From sequence record OQ973471.1: a DNA stretch of 64,000 nucleotides. One strand, 5' to 3'. The notes beneath the pieces were generated by a model. That model had not been told where the DNA came from and made no database searches. It was given only the letters and a program-made list of their open reading frames with translations. The translations under genes were made by a program, and so were the position numbers. This document shows positions 9,154 through 17,934 of the stretch, piece after piece (positions within the stretch are counted from its first letter, which is position 1; each line of letters opens with the position of its first letter). Source of the stretch: Escherichia phage AV101.

Positions 9154-9495
9154 ATGAAACTCAATAAGATTCTTCTGGTGTGCGCTCTGGCTTTCTCTAC
9201 CACTGCGTGCTCCACCCTTCTGGACGTTGCGTCTACTGTAGACCTTGACGCGCCGACGTTCACCAATGAGCAGGCTGTGTCCAAGATGGAAGACACCATT
9301 AAGGCGCATGCGGCGTTGGATAACGCCACCCCAGGTCCGCTCCAAACTGTCTGCAACTATGACGATTCCATCCAGGAAGACGAAACTTACCACTGCATCA
9401 CCTACGTGAAGCAGGCCTCCGTCGTTCTGTATGCAGATTGTACCGAAGAACAGTGTGTTGCTACAGGCTACGATAAAGTTGAGGAAGACAAATGA
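9154..9495 (+). CDS. Small lipoprotein (putative)
   Basis: MKLNKILLVCALAFSTTACS is a signal peptide with a lipobox-like Cys; AGGTGA RBS. Start placed at the ATG at 9154. Confidence 0.5.
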   Translation: MKLNKILLVCALAFSTTACSTLLDVASTVDLDAPTFTNEQAVSKMEDTIKAHAALDNATPGPLQTVCNYDDSIQEDETYHCITYVKQASVVLYADCTEEQCVATGYDKVEEDK

Positions 9496-10271
9496 ACAAC
9501 CTGGTTTGTATCTATGATATGAAATCAAAGGTCGGTGGCCTGTATCGCGTTCTCGTGGATGTTGACCTGACGTTGGTCGACAGCCTCTCCCCTTGGGTGC
9601 AGTGGTTCAACGAAGAGAACATCGCCGCCGCTGCTATCGCTACGGGGGAACATAAGTCATACCAGTTCCAGCCGATTACCAAAGAGTGTTATATGTCCCA
9701 TGCTGGCGACCTGGCTATTCTGATGCGTGAACGTGCGCATCCGGCGTGGCTATACCATGAAGTCCAATTGGGGGTGCACAAACAACGTGTGCCAAGCGGT
9801 AACGATCCTATGGACTGGTGGCGTCGCCCTGACTTGTACGCCAAGATGAACCCGCTCCCCGGCGCTTACGAGTTCCTGGTAAATCTGAAGGATATCTTGC
9901 TTGAAGATTTCGACAATGTTGAATTCGTTGCGGTGTCGAAGTGCGAGCCGGAACACGAGCGCAGCAAGCGCCAGTTTGTCTACGACAAGTTCCCTGGTAT
10001 CTTCAACGGGTTTGTCAGCACCGACGAAAAGCATCTGCTGGCAGGCGATGTCCTGATTGATGACAATCCGAAGTATGTCGAGCCGTGCGGTCTGAACAAC
10101 ATCTTTGTCATCTTTGTTCCTCAGGGCAATTATGAAAAACTGGATCTTTCGAACTCGGAAGATATGCTTTATATTAAACCAGTAGAAGGTCAGAATCACT
10201 TCGACTTCCTGAATTACAATATTGTTGAAGTGGTTAACCGCCTGATTAGTCATTATCAATACGTCCGATAG
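9492..10271 (+). CDS. HAD-superfamily phosphatase, possibly a 5'(3')-deoxyribonucleotidase
   Basis: HAD motif I VDVDLTLVD (DxDxT) and motif IV VLIDDNP; start overlaps the upstream stop (ATGA). Confidence 0.5.
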   Translation: MNNLVCIYDMKSKVGGLYRVLVDVDLTLVDSLSPWVQWFNEENIAAAAIATGEHKSYQFQPITKECYMSHAGDLAILMRERAHPAWLYHEVQLGVHKQRVPSGNDPMDWWRRPDLYAKMNPLPGAYEFLVNLKDILLEDFDNVEFVAVSKCEPEHERSKRQFVYDKFPGIFNGFVSTDEKHLLAGDVLIDDNPKYVEPCGLNNIFVIFVPQGNYEKLDLSNSEDMLYIKPVEGQNHFDFLNYNIVEVVNRLISHYQYVR

Positions 10272-10280
10272 GAGGACATC

Positions 10281-10586
10281 GTGCAAGATCAGAATAAGTT
10301 CGGGGAAATCCCCGACGAGCGTTTCGGTGATAGCGACATGGATGGCGTGATTAACCATGTGAACAACTTCATTCGCCAGCAGGAGACTCCGACTCCTATC
10401 GGCGCAGCCAAGGCTCTTCATGATGTACTGGTGAAGATCGGCCAGCGCTCTGAAGCGGATGAAATCTTCTATAACTTCGACGACCAGTATAAAGTGAAGT
10501 TTGAAGAGAATGGCCGCCCACAGGTTGCTGTGTTCTGGGCACCTTGGCTGGGCGGCGTGAGCTGGCGTATTGAGGATGCTGTGTAA
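10281..10586 (+). CDS. Hypothetical protein
   Basis: GTG start with AGGAGG RBS; 101 aa. Confidence 0.45.
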   Translation: MQDQNKFGEIPDERFGDSDMDGVINHVNNFIRQQETPTPIGAAKALHDVLVKIGQRSEADEIFYNFDDQYKVKFEENGRPQVAVFWAPWLGGVSWRIEDAV

Positions 10587-11272
10587 TGCTGTCGCTCTAC
10601 CTGATCACGAATCTCGTCAATCATAAATTCTATATCGGTGTCACCTCAGAACCGGATAGGCGGTTGGCTGAGCATAAGTGTGGTCAGGGGAGCATTGCAT
10701 TACAACGAGCGTTCAAGAAATACGGTGAAGACCAGTTCAAGTTTGAAGTTCTGTTCCGAGGGAAAGATTCGGTTATCCTTCAGATAGAGTCTGAACTGGT
10801 CTGCCAGGAGATCCTTGACTCTGGGTGGTGCTACAACATGGTCGTCGGGGGTGGGAAGCCTCCATTGGCCACGCCTAATTCATCTGCAAAGAGTGCTGCA
10901 ACCCGCAAACGTTTGATCGCTGAAGGTAAGATTAAACCTCCACCAAGACTCACCCCTGAAGCACAAGCCAGAAAGGGTAAGATCATAAGCAAATTGATGT
11001 CAGAAGGGAAGATCCCCAAACCACCAAGACCTTCCTCTGAATCTCAAACGCGTGGAGGGGAAACTAGGAAGAGGCTGCATGCTCTTGGCCTGATAGACAT
11101 TGGTCCTGGCCGCGATGAAACGATTTACAAATGGCAGCACAAAGATGGTCGCATTGTTGAGTTAAGAAGATGCGATATGGAACTTCAATATGGCCTCCCT
11201 TCCGGTAATATAACGAATCTCTTGAAAGGTAGGGCTAAAACATGTCTCGGTTGGAGAATATTAAATGGCTAA
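10586..11272 (+). CDS. GIY-YIG homing endonuclease (Seg-like)
   Basis: N-terminal LYLITNLVNHKFYIGVT...RRLAEHK GIY-YIG core; C-terminal tandem basic repeats KIKPPPRLTPEAQ / KIPKPPRPSSESQ; TAATG overlap with the upstream gene. Confidence 0.65.
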   Translation: MLSLYLITNLVNHKFYIGVTSEPDRRLAEHKCGQGSIALQRAFKKYGEDQFKFEVLFRGKDSVILQIESELVCQEILDSGWCYNMVVGGGKPPLATPNSSAKSAATRKRLIAEGKIKPPPRLTPEAQARKGKIISKLMSEGKIPKPPRPSSESQTRGGETRKRLHALGLIDIGPGRDETIYKWQHKDGRIVELRRCDMELQYGLPSGNITNLLKGRAKTCLGWRILNG

Positions 11273-12182
11273 AATAATTGTAGTGAAAGGCACCTCGGCC
11301 ACGGGCAAGGGTACGAGAGTGGTTCAGTTCATCGAATGGCTCCGTACGAAGCTGGAGCCTACCGAACTGACCTACACAGTTGGTGACAAGACTCGCCCGT
11401 TTGGCTTGAAGTTCGGAGAGCTGAAGTTAATCTTCGTTGGACAGTACACCGTGTCTAACAAATCCGGCCTGGCTTCCTGGACTTCAATGGATGCAATCCA
11501 TGCTGCTACAGGCTCAGGCGATATTGCTCGTGATCTAATCAAGTGCTGGTTGGTTCAGGGATACACTCTGGTGTGCGAGGGTGAACCCCTCATGCTGTCG
11601 GACAAATGGCGTCCTGAATGGATGTTCAAGAACTATCCGATTGAATCATTGGCGCTGCTGTACTTTGCGTACCCCGACCGCTATCAGTACGATGCTCGTA
11701 TCCGTGGTCGCTCTGGTAAAGAAGCAGGGAACTCCGGCTGGTCGCGCAACGAATCTTACTCCAAGGAGTTTGAGAAGTCGAAGGCCGAAATGCTGGCGCT
11801 GGGCTTCACTGTGGCTGTTGATGATTACAGCGGACAGGATATCCTGTATAAATCACCGAATGTCAACACCCAGGAGTTCCTGACCAGCCAGCAGTCAGAG
11901 TTGGCGGTACTACCGTTCGACGCCCCGCTTTGGGTGGTGGGTAACGCGATTTGTCATCAGATACGGTCCGAACTGCGTGAAGTTAACATGGACACCAAAG
12001 ACTTCTACGCCTACTGTGAAACCAATCCGATGACCCGTGAGGTCGGCGGTGAGGATCCTTTGGCGCACAGAGTCCCTGAGAAGCCGCAGAAGGCATCCAA
12101 AACTAAAACCAAGGCGAGCGCCCAGCCAGAAGCAACGAAGGCAGCGTCGCGCTCTCTCCTTGACCTGATGAAGAAGGGGTGA
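11265..12182 (+). CDS. P-loop nucleotide/nucleoside kinase-like protein
   Basis: N-terminal IIVVKGTSATGKGT is an NMP-kinase-type P-loop (GxxxxGKGT); 305 aa; overlaps neighbours at both ends. Confidence 0.45.
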   Translation: MAKIIVVKGTSATGKGTRVVQFIEWLRTKLEPTELTYTVGDKTRPFGLKFGELKLIFVGQYTVSNKSGLASWTSMDAIHAATGSGDIARDLIKCWLVQGYTLVCEGEPLMLSDKWRPEWMFKNYPIESLALLYFAYPDRYQYDARIRGRSGKEAGNSGWSRNESYSKEFEKSKAEMLALGFTVAVDDYSGQDILYKSPNVNTQEFLTSQQSELAVLPFDAPLWVVGNAICHQIRSELREVNMDTKDFYAYCETNPMTREVGGEDPLAHRVPEKPQKASKTKTKASAQPEATKAASRSLLDLMKKG

Positions 12183-12184
12183 TC

Positions 12185-12382
12185 ATGAAACGGTTGTCTA
12201 ATTATCTGTTGTTCATCGGTCTGATTATGGCAGCTATTTCAATGTGCGTTGGCCTGGCGTATCATTTCACTTCTCTGGATTTAACGACCTCAGAGAAGTT
12301 GAATGTGACTGTGATGTACTGTATTGGCGCGGTGATGTCTATCGGCGCTGCTGGTTACAAAATATTCAAGGAACCAAAATGA
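12185..12382 (+). CDS. Small membrane protein
   Basis: 66 aa with two hydrophobic helices; ATG at 12185 with AAGGGG RBS. Confidence 0.4.
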   Translation: MKRLSNYLLFIGLIMAAISMCVGLAYHFTSLDLTTSEKLNVTVMYCIGAVMSIGAAGYKIFKEPK

Positions 12383-12756
12383 AAATTCAAATCCCTCGCG
12401 ATGCTGTAGCTATTGCGATTGACTACACCGGAAACGCCAAGCACATTACTGCCGTGCGCCTGATTCCTGAAAAGAACTGCGTCATCCCTCAGTTCCAGCT
12501 GAATGCCAATCCGTCGTCCAAAGACTTCGGCAAGTGGTTACAGGCTGCTCCGTTCCGTACCCAGACGAATGCTCAGATGTTCATCTCGGGTAAGACCCAC
12601 ACTGCAGCCCGTCTGTGGTTCGTGACCGCTGACCGTCGCTTTGTCGATATGTGGGAACGTCCGATGGGGTTCGTGAAGCCGGAAGATATTCAGCTGGCTC
12701 CTGAGCCTGAAGCTGTGGCTCCTGAAGAGGAAGCGAAAGATGCATCATTTATCTAA
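12379..12756 (+). CDS. Hypothetical protein
   Basis: ATG at 12379 overlaps the upstream stop (ATGA); 125 aa. Confidence 0.4.
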   Translation: MKIQIPRDAVAIAIDYTGNAKHITAVRLIPEKNCVIPQFQLNANPSSKDFGKWLQAAPFRTQTNAQMFISGKTHTAARLWFVTADRRFVDMWERPMGFVKPEDIQLAPEPEAVAPEEEAKDASFI

Positions 12757-13975
12757 AATGCCGACGGGCTATACGCCTCCGACTGAATGGAAGTACCCGA
12801 TTGACCTATCTGTTGACTACCGTAAACCTGAGAATCGCATGTACCTGCTCAAGGCTTGGGTGGAGGCGCTGTCCTATACAGAAGAGCACAACCAACAGAT
12901 GCGTCTGATGGACTATGCGATTGAAGTCACTGAAGGCATCAGCCTCGAACAGAAAGTCGAGCGCAAGATCTGGATGGCATTCCTGTGGGGTTGTTGCTAT
13001 AACGCTGTCGGACCGTGGACGATCTACAGTGAGTTCCCTGTGCCGCCTCAGTCTAAGGAAGAGATGCAGCGCTTCTCAGACTGGTACAACCTGAACTTTG
13101 AACGCATGCGATTCGATACCGACTGTCGCTACCGCAAGTCCAAGATGATTCCGTGTGTTCAGTCCTATATTGACTGGCTGGCTGGTCGTACTCAATATGA
13201 CGCTTTCCGTGGGATGCTGGTGTGCATCGATAAGACAGAACAATTCACCCAGCTGTGGGACACGGCGATGTCCTGGAAATACTTCGGTCGCCTGAGCGCC
13301 TGGAACTTCCTGGAAGCCCTGAACATGGTCTTCGGGAACGAATACACCATTGACGTCCCTGGCTTCATGCTGCGTGATCGTGATGGAAGCGAGTCCAACC
13401 GTAATGGCGCGGCGTTCTTGTCTAACCGTGACGATTGGGTGACTAAACACGGGAAGAAAAAGATCAACGGTTGCCCTATCACGGATGAAGAGTGTGACAT
13501 CCTTGAGGCCGACCTTGAGCAGGCGTTCCAGGATTGTGTGGCTGAGTTCGGGCACCTGACGTTCATCAACCGCCTGAACTTTGAAACCTCCGGTGCTTGT
13601 TGGCTGAAGAAATTCTTCCGACTGAAGAATACCCGTTACATCGGGTGGGACGCAGAGCGTACATGGGATGAGATCGACTACATGGAACGCGTCTGGCCTG
13701 AATACTCCTGCGCAGCGCTCTGGGAAGCCCGTTCGCTCTGGCTGCCAGATACCCTGTTGTGCGAAAAGGCTCCTGCAGGGCACGTTCCAGGCGTCCAGAA
13801 GTGGAAGATGCCTGTGTTCTTTGAGACTGGTGTTCCTCTGCATATCTGGCACCTGCAAAAGGGTACGCGCTGGGAACCATCCGAGGTATGTACGAACCTG
13901 AAGATGCCTGTGCGCAAGGTTGAGGACAAGTCGAAGTCCAGCAGCGTCAACCTCATGGCACTCTTGAAACGCTGA
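12740..13975 (+). CDS. Hypothetical protein; candidate base-modification enzyme by context only
   Basis: 411-aa ORF translationally coupled downstream of the P-loop kinase gene; no motif recognised by eye. Confidence 0.4.
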   Translation: MHHLSKMPTGYTPPTEWKYPIDLSVDYRKPENRMYLLKAWVEALSYTEEHNQQMRLMDYAIEVTEGISLEQKVERKIWMAFLWGCCYNAVGPWTIYSEFPVPPQSKEEMQRFSDWYNLNFERMRFDTDCRYRKSKMIPCVQSYIDWLAGRTQYDAFRGMLVCIDKTEQFTQLWDTAMSWKYFGRLSAWNFLEALNMVFGNEYTIDVPGFMLRDRDGSESNRNGAAFLSNRDDWVTKHGKKKINGCPITDEECDILEADLEQAFQDCVAEFGHLTFINRLNFETSGACWLKKFFRLKNTRYIGWDAERTWDEIDYMERVWPEYSCAALWEARSLWLPDTLLCEKAPAGHVPGVQKWKMPVFFETGVPLHIWHLQKGTRWEPSEVCTNLKMPVRKVEDKSKSSSVNLMALLKR

Positions 13976-13983
13976 TATAAATA
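13976..13983 (+). promoter_or_regulatory. T4-type late promoter core TATAAATA
   Basis: Exact TATAAATA directly after the stop of the preceding gene, overlapping a 10-bp perfect inverted repeat (13981-14007). Confidence 0.45.
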
Positions 13984-14011
13984 TCCTCGCCTATAAAGCG
14001 AGGATATTATC

Positions 14012-14179
14012 ATGTTACAAGATCTGCTGGTTTATGCGCTTCCTGGCGCGGTTGTCGGCTTCATTGCTGGTGCTCTGGTCTTCCGTAAACACGCGCAAGA
14101 CGGTGAAGTGATTGTTCAGAAGGGTAAAGATATCCTGGAACAAATCGAAGCCAAACTGGACGAGCTGAAGAAAAAGTAA
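14012..14179 (+). CDS. Small membrane protein (55 aa)
   Basis: Hand-translated MLQDLLVYALPGAVVGFIAGALVFRK...; below the ORF-track cutoff; its GAGGA RBS lies inside the upstream hairpin. Confidence 0.4.
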   Translation: MLQDLLVYALPGAVVGFIAGALVFRKHAQDGEVIVQKGKDILEQIEAKLDELKKK

Positions 14180-14207
14180 TCTGACTGGGGTTGCTTCCTT
14201 CAATAAA

Positions 14208-14248
14208 GGGGAATGGGTTATTATTAGCCCGTTCCCCTTTCTTTTTGC
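14208..14248 (+). terminator. Rho-independent terminator with embedded TATTAT
   Basis: Stem GGGGAATGGG/CCCGTTCCCC, loop TTATTATTAG, then TTTCTTTTT; preceded by TTCAATAAA at 14199. Confidence 0.65.
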
Positions 14249-14261
14249 AAGGATATACATC

Positions 14262-14459
14262 ATGGAAACCCAAGATTATAAGATCTTAGTGACAACTGTT
14301 GGCTTCGACGGGAAGAATCAATCTATTGCAGTAGACACTTCCGTTCTGGAGTTCAAGGACAAGAGTTCGGCAGAAACGGCGTTTGCTCATTTGGTAAAAT
14401 CACAAAGACATATGAGCACTTTTATGTGTGTCAAACAAACATACACCAAACTCTATTAA
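14262..14459 (+). CDS. Hypothetical protein
   Basis: 65-aa ORF after the terminator. Confidence 0.35.
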   Translation: METQDYKILVTTVGFDGKNQSIAVDTSVLEFKDKSSAETAFAHLVKSQRHMSTFMCVKQTYTKLY

Positions 14460-14471
14460 GAGGATTTCACT

Positions 14472-14696
14472 ATGGCAATGCAACGAATTGAAGATATGGA
14501 CTCCCTGGATATCGAATCTATGGTGTCTGTAATGCTCGAAGAAGATCGCAAGACCCCTGTGGTACAGTATCAGATGCCGGAATTGGGCGACGCTGATGGG
14601 CTGTGGAAAATGCTGAACGGCAACAAATCCTCCGGTAAGAGTGGGTTTGTCCGTGGCGAACTGAATATCATTTGTGTCGGAGGGTGTACAAGATGA
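14472..14696 (+). CDS. Hypothetical protein
   Basis: 74-aa ORF. Confidence 0.35.
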   Translation: MAMQRIEDMDSLDIESMVSVMLEEDRKTPVVQYQMPELGDADGLWKMLNGNKSSGKSGFVRGELNIICVGGCTR

Positions 14697-14911
14697 TCAA
14701 GAATACCCGAACAATGAAGCGCGCAATCGCTCACTGTGTCCATTCAGTGGCAACTATTATGTTCCGCCACCACATCACATTTGATGAAGCACTGGACCCA
14801 CAGTACCATGAAGAGCGTTGGGATTTGTTGTTAAAGAACGGTGCCAAACCTGAGCATAAAGATCAACTCCTTGGGATGACCAAGGCGCAGCTCGTCGGTG
14901 AATCCAAATGA
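14693..14911 (+). CDS. Hypothetical protein
   Basis: ATG at 14693 overlaps the upstream stop (ATGA), GGAGGG RBS; 72 aa. Confidence 0.35.
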   Translation: MIKNTRTMKRAIAHCVHSVATIMFRHHITFDEALDPQYHEERWDLLLKNGAKPEHKDQLLGMTKAQLVGESK

Positions 14912-16023
14912 TCTACCTCCTGTTTGGTGTGCCATTGGTACTGGCTATCCTGTTTGTGACCTACCACCGCAAGACCCATGAGCCGAAAGAGACTCTGATA
15001 GCGACCGCGATTGTGGTGGTGCTATCCTGTCTGATTCAGGCGGGGACTTATGCTGCGTTCTCTCTTGGTAGTTCAGGGGATGTTGAGATCCTGAACGGGT
15101 ACGTCACTGCAAAGGAGCGGAATAAGGTGAGCTGTGAGCATTCATATGAATGCAACTGCTACTACACCACATCATGCTCCGGCTCCGGCAGCAGCAAGTC
15201 CTGTACCCGCACTCGCCATTGCAGTACATGTTATGAGCATTCATATGACGTGGACTGGGATGTGTTGACGACTGTCGGTAATCTGACGATTGACCGCATT
15301 GATCGTCGCGGCCTTGGTCAGCCCCCGCGCTGGGCGCAGGTTCAGATCGGCGAACCCGCAGCCCGTGAGCATTCCTACATGAACTATGTGCTGGGTAACA
15401 AGGACTCTCTGTTCTCTCGCTCGGACCAGCAGTTTGCTGAGCGCTTCAAAGACAAGATTCCGAAGTATCCCGAAGTCTATGACTACTATCGCGTCACTCG
15501 TGTACTGAATGTGTCTGGTCTGGCGTTACCGACCACATACTGGAACGACTATCTGAATGATGTCCTGAAGAAGCTGGGCGCAGCCAAGCAGGTGAACATC
15601 GTCTGGGTTGTGACTTCCGGCCAGCCAGTTGAATACTTCCAGGGCTTGGTCTATGCTTGGGATGGTGGTAAAAAGAACGACGTTATCGTCGTGACCGACA
15701 TCAGCAAAGATCTGAAGATCAACTGGGGTAAGAGCACTTCGTTCGCTGATGGTATGCATAACCGTGAACTCCATTCTCGTAATGGCATGGCTCTCACAGG
15801 CCACGACATGGGTGTCGGTGTCATGGCTGATGTTGTCGCTAACATCACCAAAGGCTACAACCGCGTTGAGATGAAGGAAATGGAGTACCTGAAGTGGCGG
15901 GAACTCAAGACCTGGGAAGTTGTGATTGTTGTTCTACTGGGCTGTCTGCCGTTCACCGCAATTTTCATATTACAGCGAATGGAGTACAATGGTGGCCGTC
16001 GTCGTTATCCGTTTAATTTTTAA
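14908..16023 (+). CDS. Membrane protein with N- and C-terminal transmembrane segments and a Cys-rich central domain
   Basis: Hydrophobic N-terminus LLFGVPLVLAILFV and C-terminus VVIVVLLGCLPFTAIFIL; Cys cluster CEHSYECNCYYTTSC. Confidence 0.5.
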   Translation: MIYLLFGVPLVLAILFVTYHRKTHEPKETLIATAIVVVLSCLIQAGTYAAFSLGSSGDVEILNGYVTAKERNKVSCEHSYECNCYYTTSCSGSGSSKSCTRTRHCSTCYEHSYDVDWDVLTTVGNLTIDRIDRRGLGQPPRWAQVQIGEPAAREHSYMNYVLGNKDSLFSRSDQQFAERFKDKIPKYPEVYDYYRVTRVLNVSGLALPTTYWNDYLNDVLKKLGAAKQVNIVWVVTSGQPVEYFQGLVYAWDGGKKNDVIVVTDISKDLKINWGKSTSFADGMHNRELHSRNGMALTGHDMGVGVMADVVANITKGYNRVEMKEMEYLKWRELKTWEVVIVVLLGCLPFTAIFILQRMEYNGGRRRYPFNF

Positions 16024-16041
16024 TCAAAAGAGGAAGTAAGA

Positions 16042-16611
16042 ATGTCTCAATCTAAGGGTATCGCAACAGGTTGGATAGTTGGTTTGGCTTTGCTGGGTAT
16101 AGTGATTCTCGGCATCAGTACAGTCATCAGCTACTTCAACGACTTCAACCGCACTGAGCAGCAGGTCAAGAAGTTCAACAAAGACTCCGAGAACTACCTG
16201 AGCAACTACACGCTCAAAGTTCAGGAGACGGCGCAGATTCCTGACATGTATAAAGACGGCCTGAAGGAAGTGATCAAAGGCACGTTCGAAGGGCGTTATG
16301 GCGCTGATGGTTCCAAGGCCGTCATGCAGTGGATCCAGGAGCAGAATATTCAGTTCGATTCCAGCTTGTACAAAGAGATCCAGGTGGTGATCAGTTCTGG
16401 GCGTGATGAATTCCGCATCAGCCAGACCAAGAAGCTGGATATCTGCACAATATACGAAACCAAGCTGGCTCAGTTCCCTGGTTCGTTAATTGCTGGTATG
16501 TTTGGCTACCCGCGCATCGATCTTGACAAAACCTGTCAGGTGGTGAGTGATACCCGTACCCAAGCCGCGTTCGACGCTGGTATTCAGAAACCGATTAACT
16601 TCAAAGGCTGA
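16042..16611 (+). CDS. LemA-family membrane protein (putative)
   Basis: N-terminal transmembrane helix followed by a region resembling LemA (NDFNRTEQQVKKFNKD...); AAGAGGAAG RBS. Confidence 0.45.
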   Translation: MSQSKGIATGWIVGLALLGIVILGISTVISYFNDFNRTEQQVKKFNKDSENYLSNYTLKVQETAQIPDMYKDGLKEVIKGTFEGRYGADGSKAVMQWIQEQNIQFDSSLYKEIQVVISSGRDEFRISQTKKLDICTIYETKLAQFPGSLIAGMFGYPRIDLDKTCQVVSDTRTQAAFDAGIQKPINFKG

Positions 16612-16615
16612 TGTC

Positions 16616-17029
16616 ATGAGCGTGAAACTCACTGAATCCCTGACACTGGACCAACAGCAGGCTCTGTTGGATGAAGTAGTGATCTCTGCTATCAAGCAAG
16701 GGATCATCAAAGACGACATATTGATTACCCGCCCCGAGATGATCCATCATCTGGTGGTGTGCCTGGGTGAGGCCAGCAACCCTCGCAAGAAGATCGTGCT
16801 GTTTACTGATGGTGTGATCCTTCCGAGCGGGAACTGTGCGTTCTTGGATGTGGTTGAACATCCGAACACGAAAGGCAAAGAGGTCAAGACTTCTGTTCCG
16901 GTGACCCCATACACCGAGGGTGTTGATCAGCTGTCTTGGTTTGAGACAATCAACACCATTTATGTGATGGCACCGGACGGTAAACCAGTTCGGGATCTAC
17001 GAGGCGGCAAAGTAGAATCTGAAGACTAA
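16616..17029 (+). CDS. Hypothetical protein
   Basis: Start placed at the ATG at 16616, just after the upstream stop, instead of the overlapping ORF-track start. Confidence 0.45.
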   Translation: MSVKLTESLTLDQQQALLDEVVISAIKQGIIKDDILITRPEMIHHLVVCLGEASNPRKKIVLFTDGVILPSGNCAFLDVVEHPNTKGKEVKTSVPVTPYTEGVDQLSWFETINTIYVMAPDGKPVRDLRGGKVESED

Positions 17030-17046
17030 TCGTTCTTCAATAAAAG

Positions 17047-17077
17047 GGGATAGGGTATTATTGCTCTATCCCTTTTT
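17047..17077 (+). terminator. Rho-independent terminator with embedded TATTAT
   Basis: Stem GGGATAG/CTATCCC, loop containing TATTAT, then TTTTT; preceded by TTCAATAAA at 17036. Confidence 0.6.
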
Positions 17078-17140
17078 CGTGGACAGGAACATGACAGACA
17101 AGCCAAGAAAGATGAAGAACAAACGCCGGAGCAAACGCTG

Positions 17141-17596
17141 ATGACTACCAAACCAACTTATGAAGAACTGGCGCAGACCGTTCTGACCTTTGACAGCACC
17201 CTGAAGAATCTTTACAAGGTGCTGGGAAATAACCCGACTTCAGAGTCAGGAGAAACAGTTAATCTTCTGTTACTGATGAACCCTCTGTGGGATATTGATG
17301 CCACTATTGCTGCCCTGAAAGATCCTAGGGCACAGGAGCCGGAGCCAACCCCTGTATCCACTGGGATTCAGAAATACCTGGAGAACTTTGACGAGTACTC
17401 CTTCACCGATCTGCTCCTGCGTGATATGATCAACGCAGAACGCCGTCGCCAGGGGAAGAACTGTCCTGTGGTCCAGTCTGATGAAGAAATCGAGCAGAGT
17501 GTTAGAGAAGATCTGAACAGCACCTACTCGCCGATCGATCTGGCTGTAATGATTGTTCAGGCGCTGTCCTACGCCGCCAAAGGAGAAACGAAATGA
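17141..17596 (+). CDS. Hypothetical protein
   Basis: 151-aa ORF. Confidence 0.45.
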   Translation: MTTKPTYEELAQTVLTFDSTLKNLYKVLGNNPTSESGETVNLLLLMNPLWDIDATIAALKDPRAQEPEPTPVSTGIQKYLENFDEYSFTDLLLRDMINAERRRQGKNCPVVQSDEEIEQSVREDLNSTYSPIDLAVMIVQALSYAAKGETK

Positions 17597-17793
17597 AGAA
17601 ATCATCTGCGGCTGTTGCTGCTATGCTAGCGTTGTCAGAAATGGAAATCGTCGCCGCGCATCGTGGTGATGACATGTGGGGGCGTCGTTACACTCAGGGT
17701 GGCACACCCGGCGAACCGGGACATGGTCGCCCATCTGTAACCCGCAAGAAGAAGGCGAAGACCAATGGAAAGAACAAGCGCAAACGTAAGTGA
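17593..17793 (+). CDS. Hypothetical small basic protein
   Basis: 66 aa; Lys/Arg-rich C-terminus; ATGA overlap with the upstream gene. Confidence 0.35.
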   Translation: MKKSSAAVAAMLALSEMEIVAAHRGDDMWGRRYTQGGTPGEPGHGRPSVTRKKKAKTNGKNKRKRK

Positions 17794-17934
17794 GGAGTGC
17801 CTGAAGGATCTTTCTGCAGGCACTCCAAAGTTGGCCAGATCATGGGTGATGTTTGATGACCGACGAGATAATCTTCCTTCGAGCAGAGGTCGCTCGATTA
17901 AGTAAAACCGAACCCAAAAAGTAGAGGATATGTT

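Noticed and set aside
10900-11050. Tandem repeat within the GIY-YIG gene that could be mistaken for a DNA repeat array
   Set aside because: It is an in-frame duplication of a protein module (KPPR repeats), not a CRISPR-like or intergenic repeat. No CRISPR array was found in the window.
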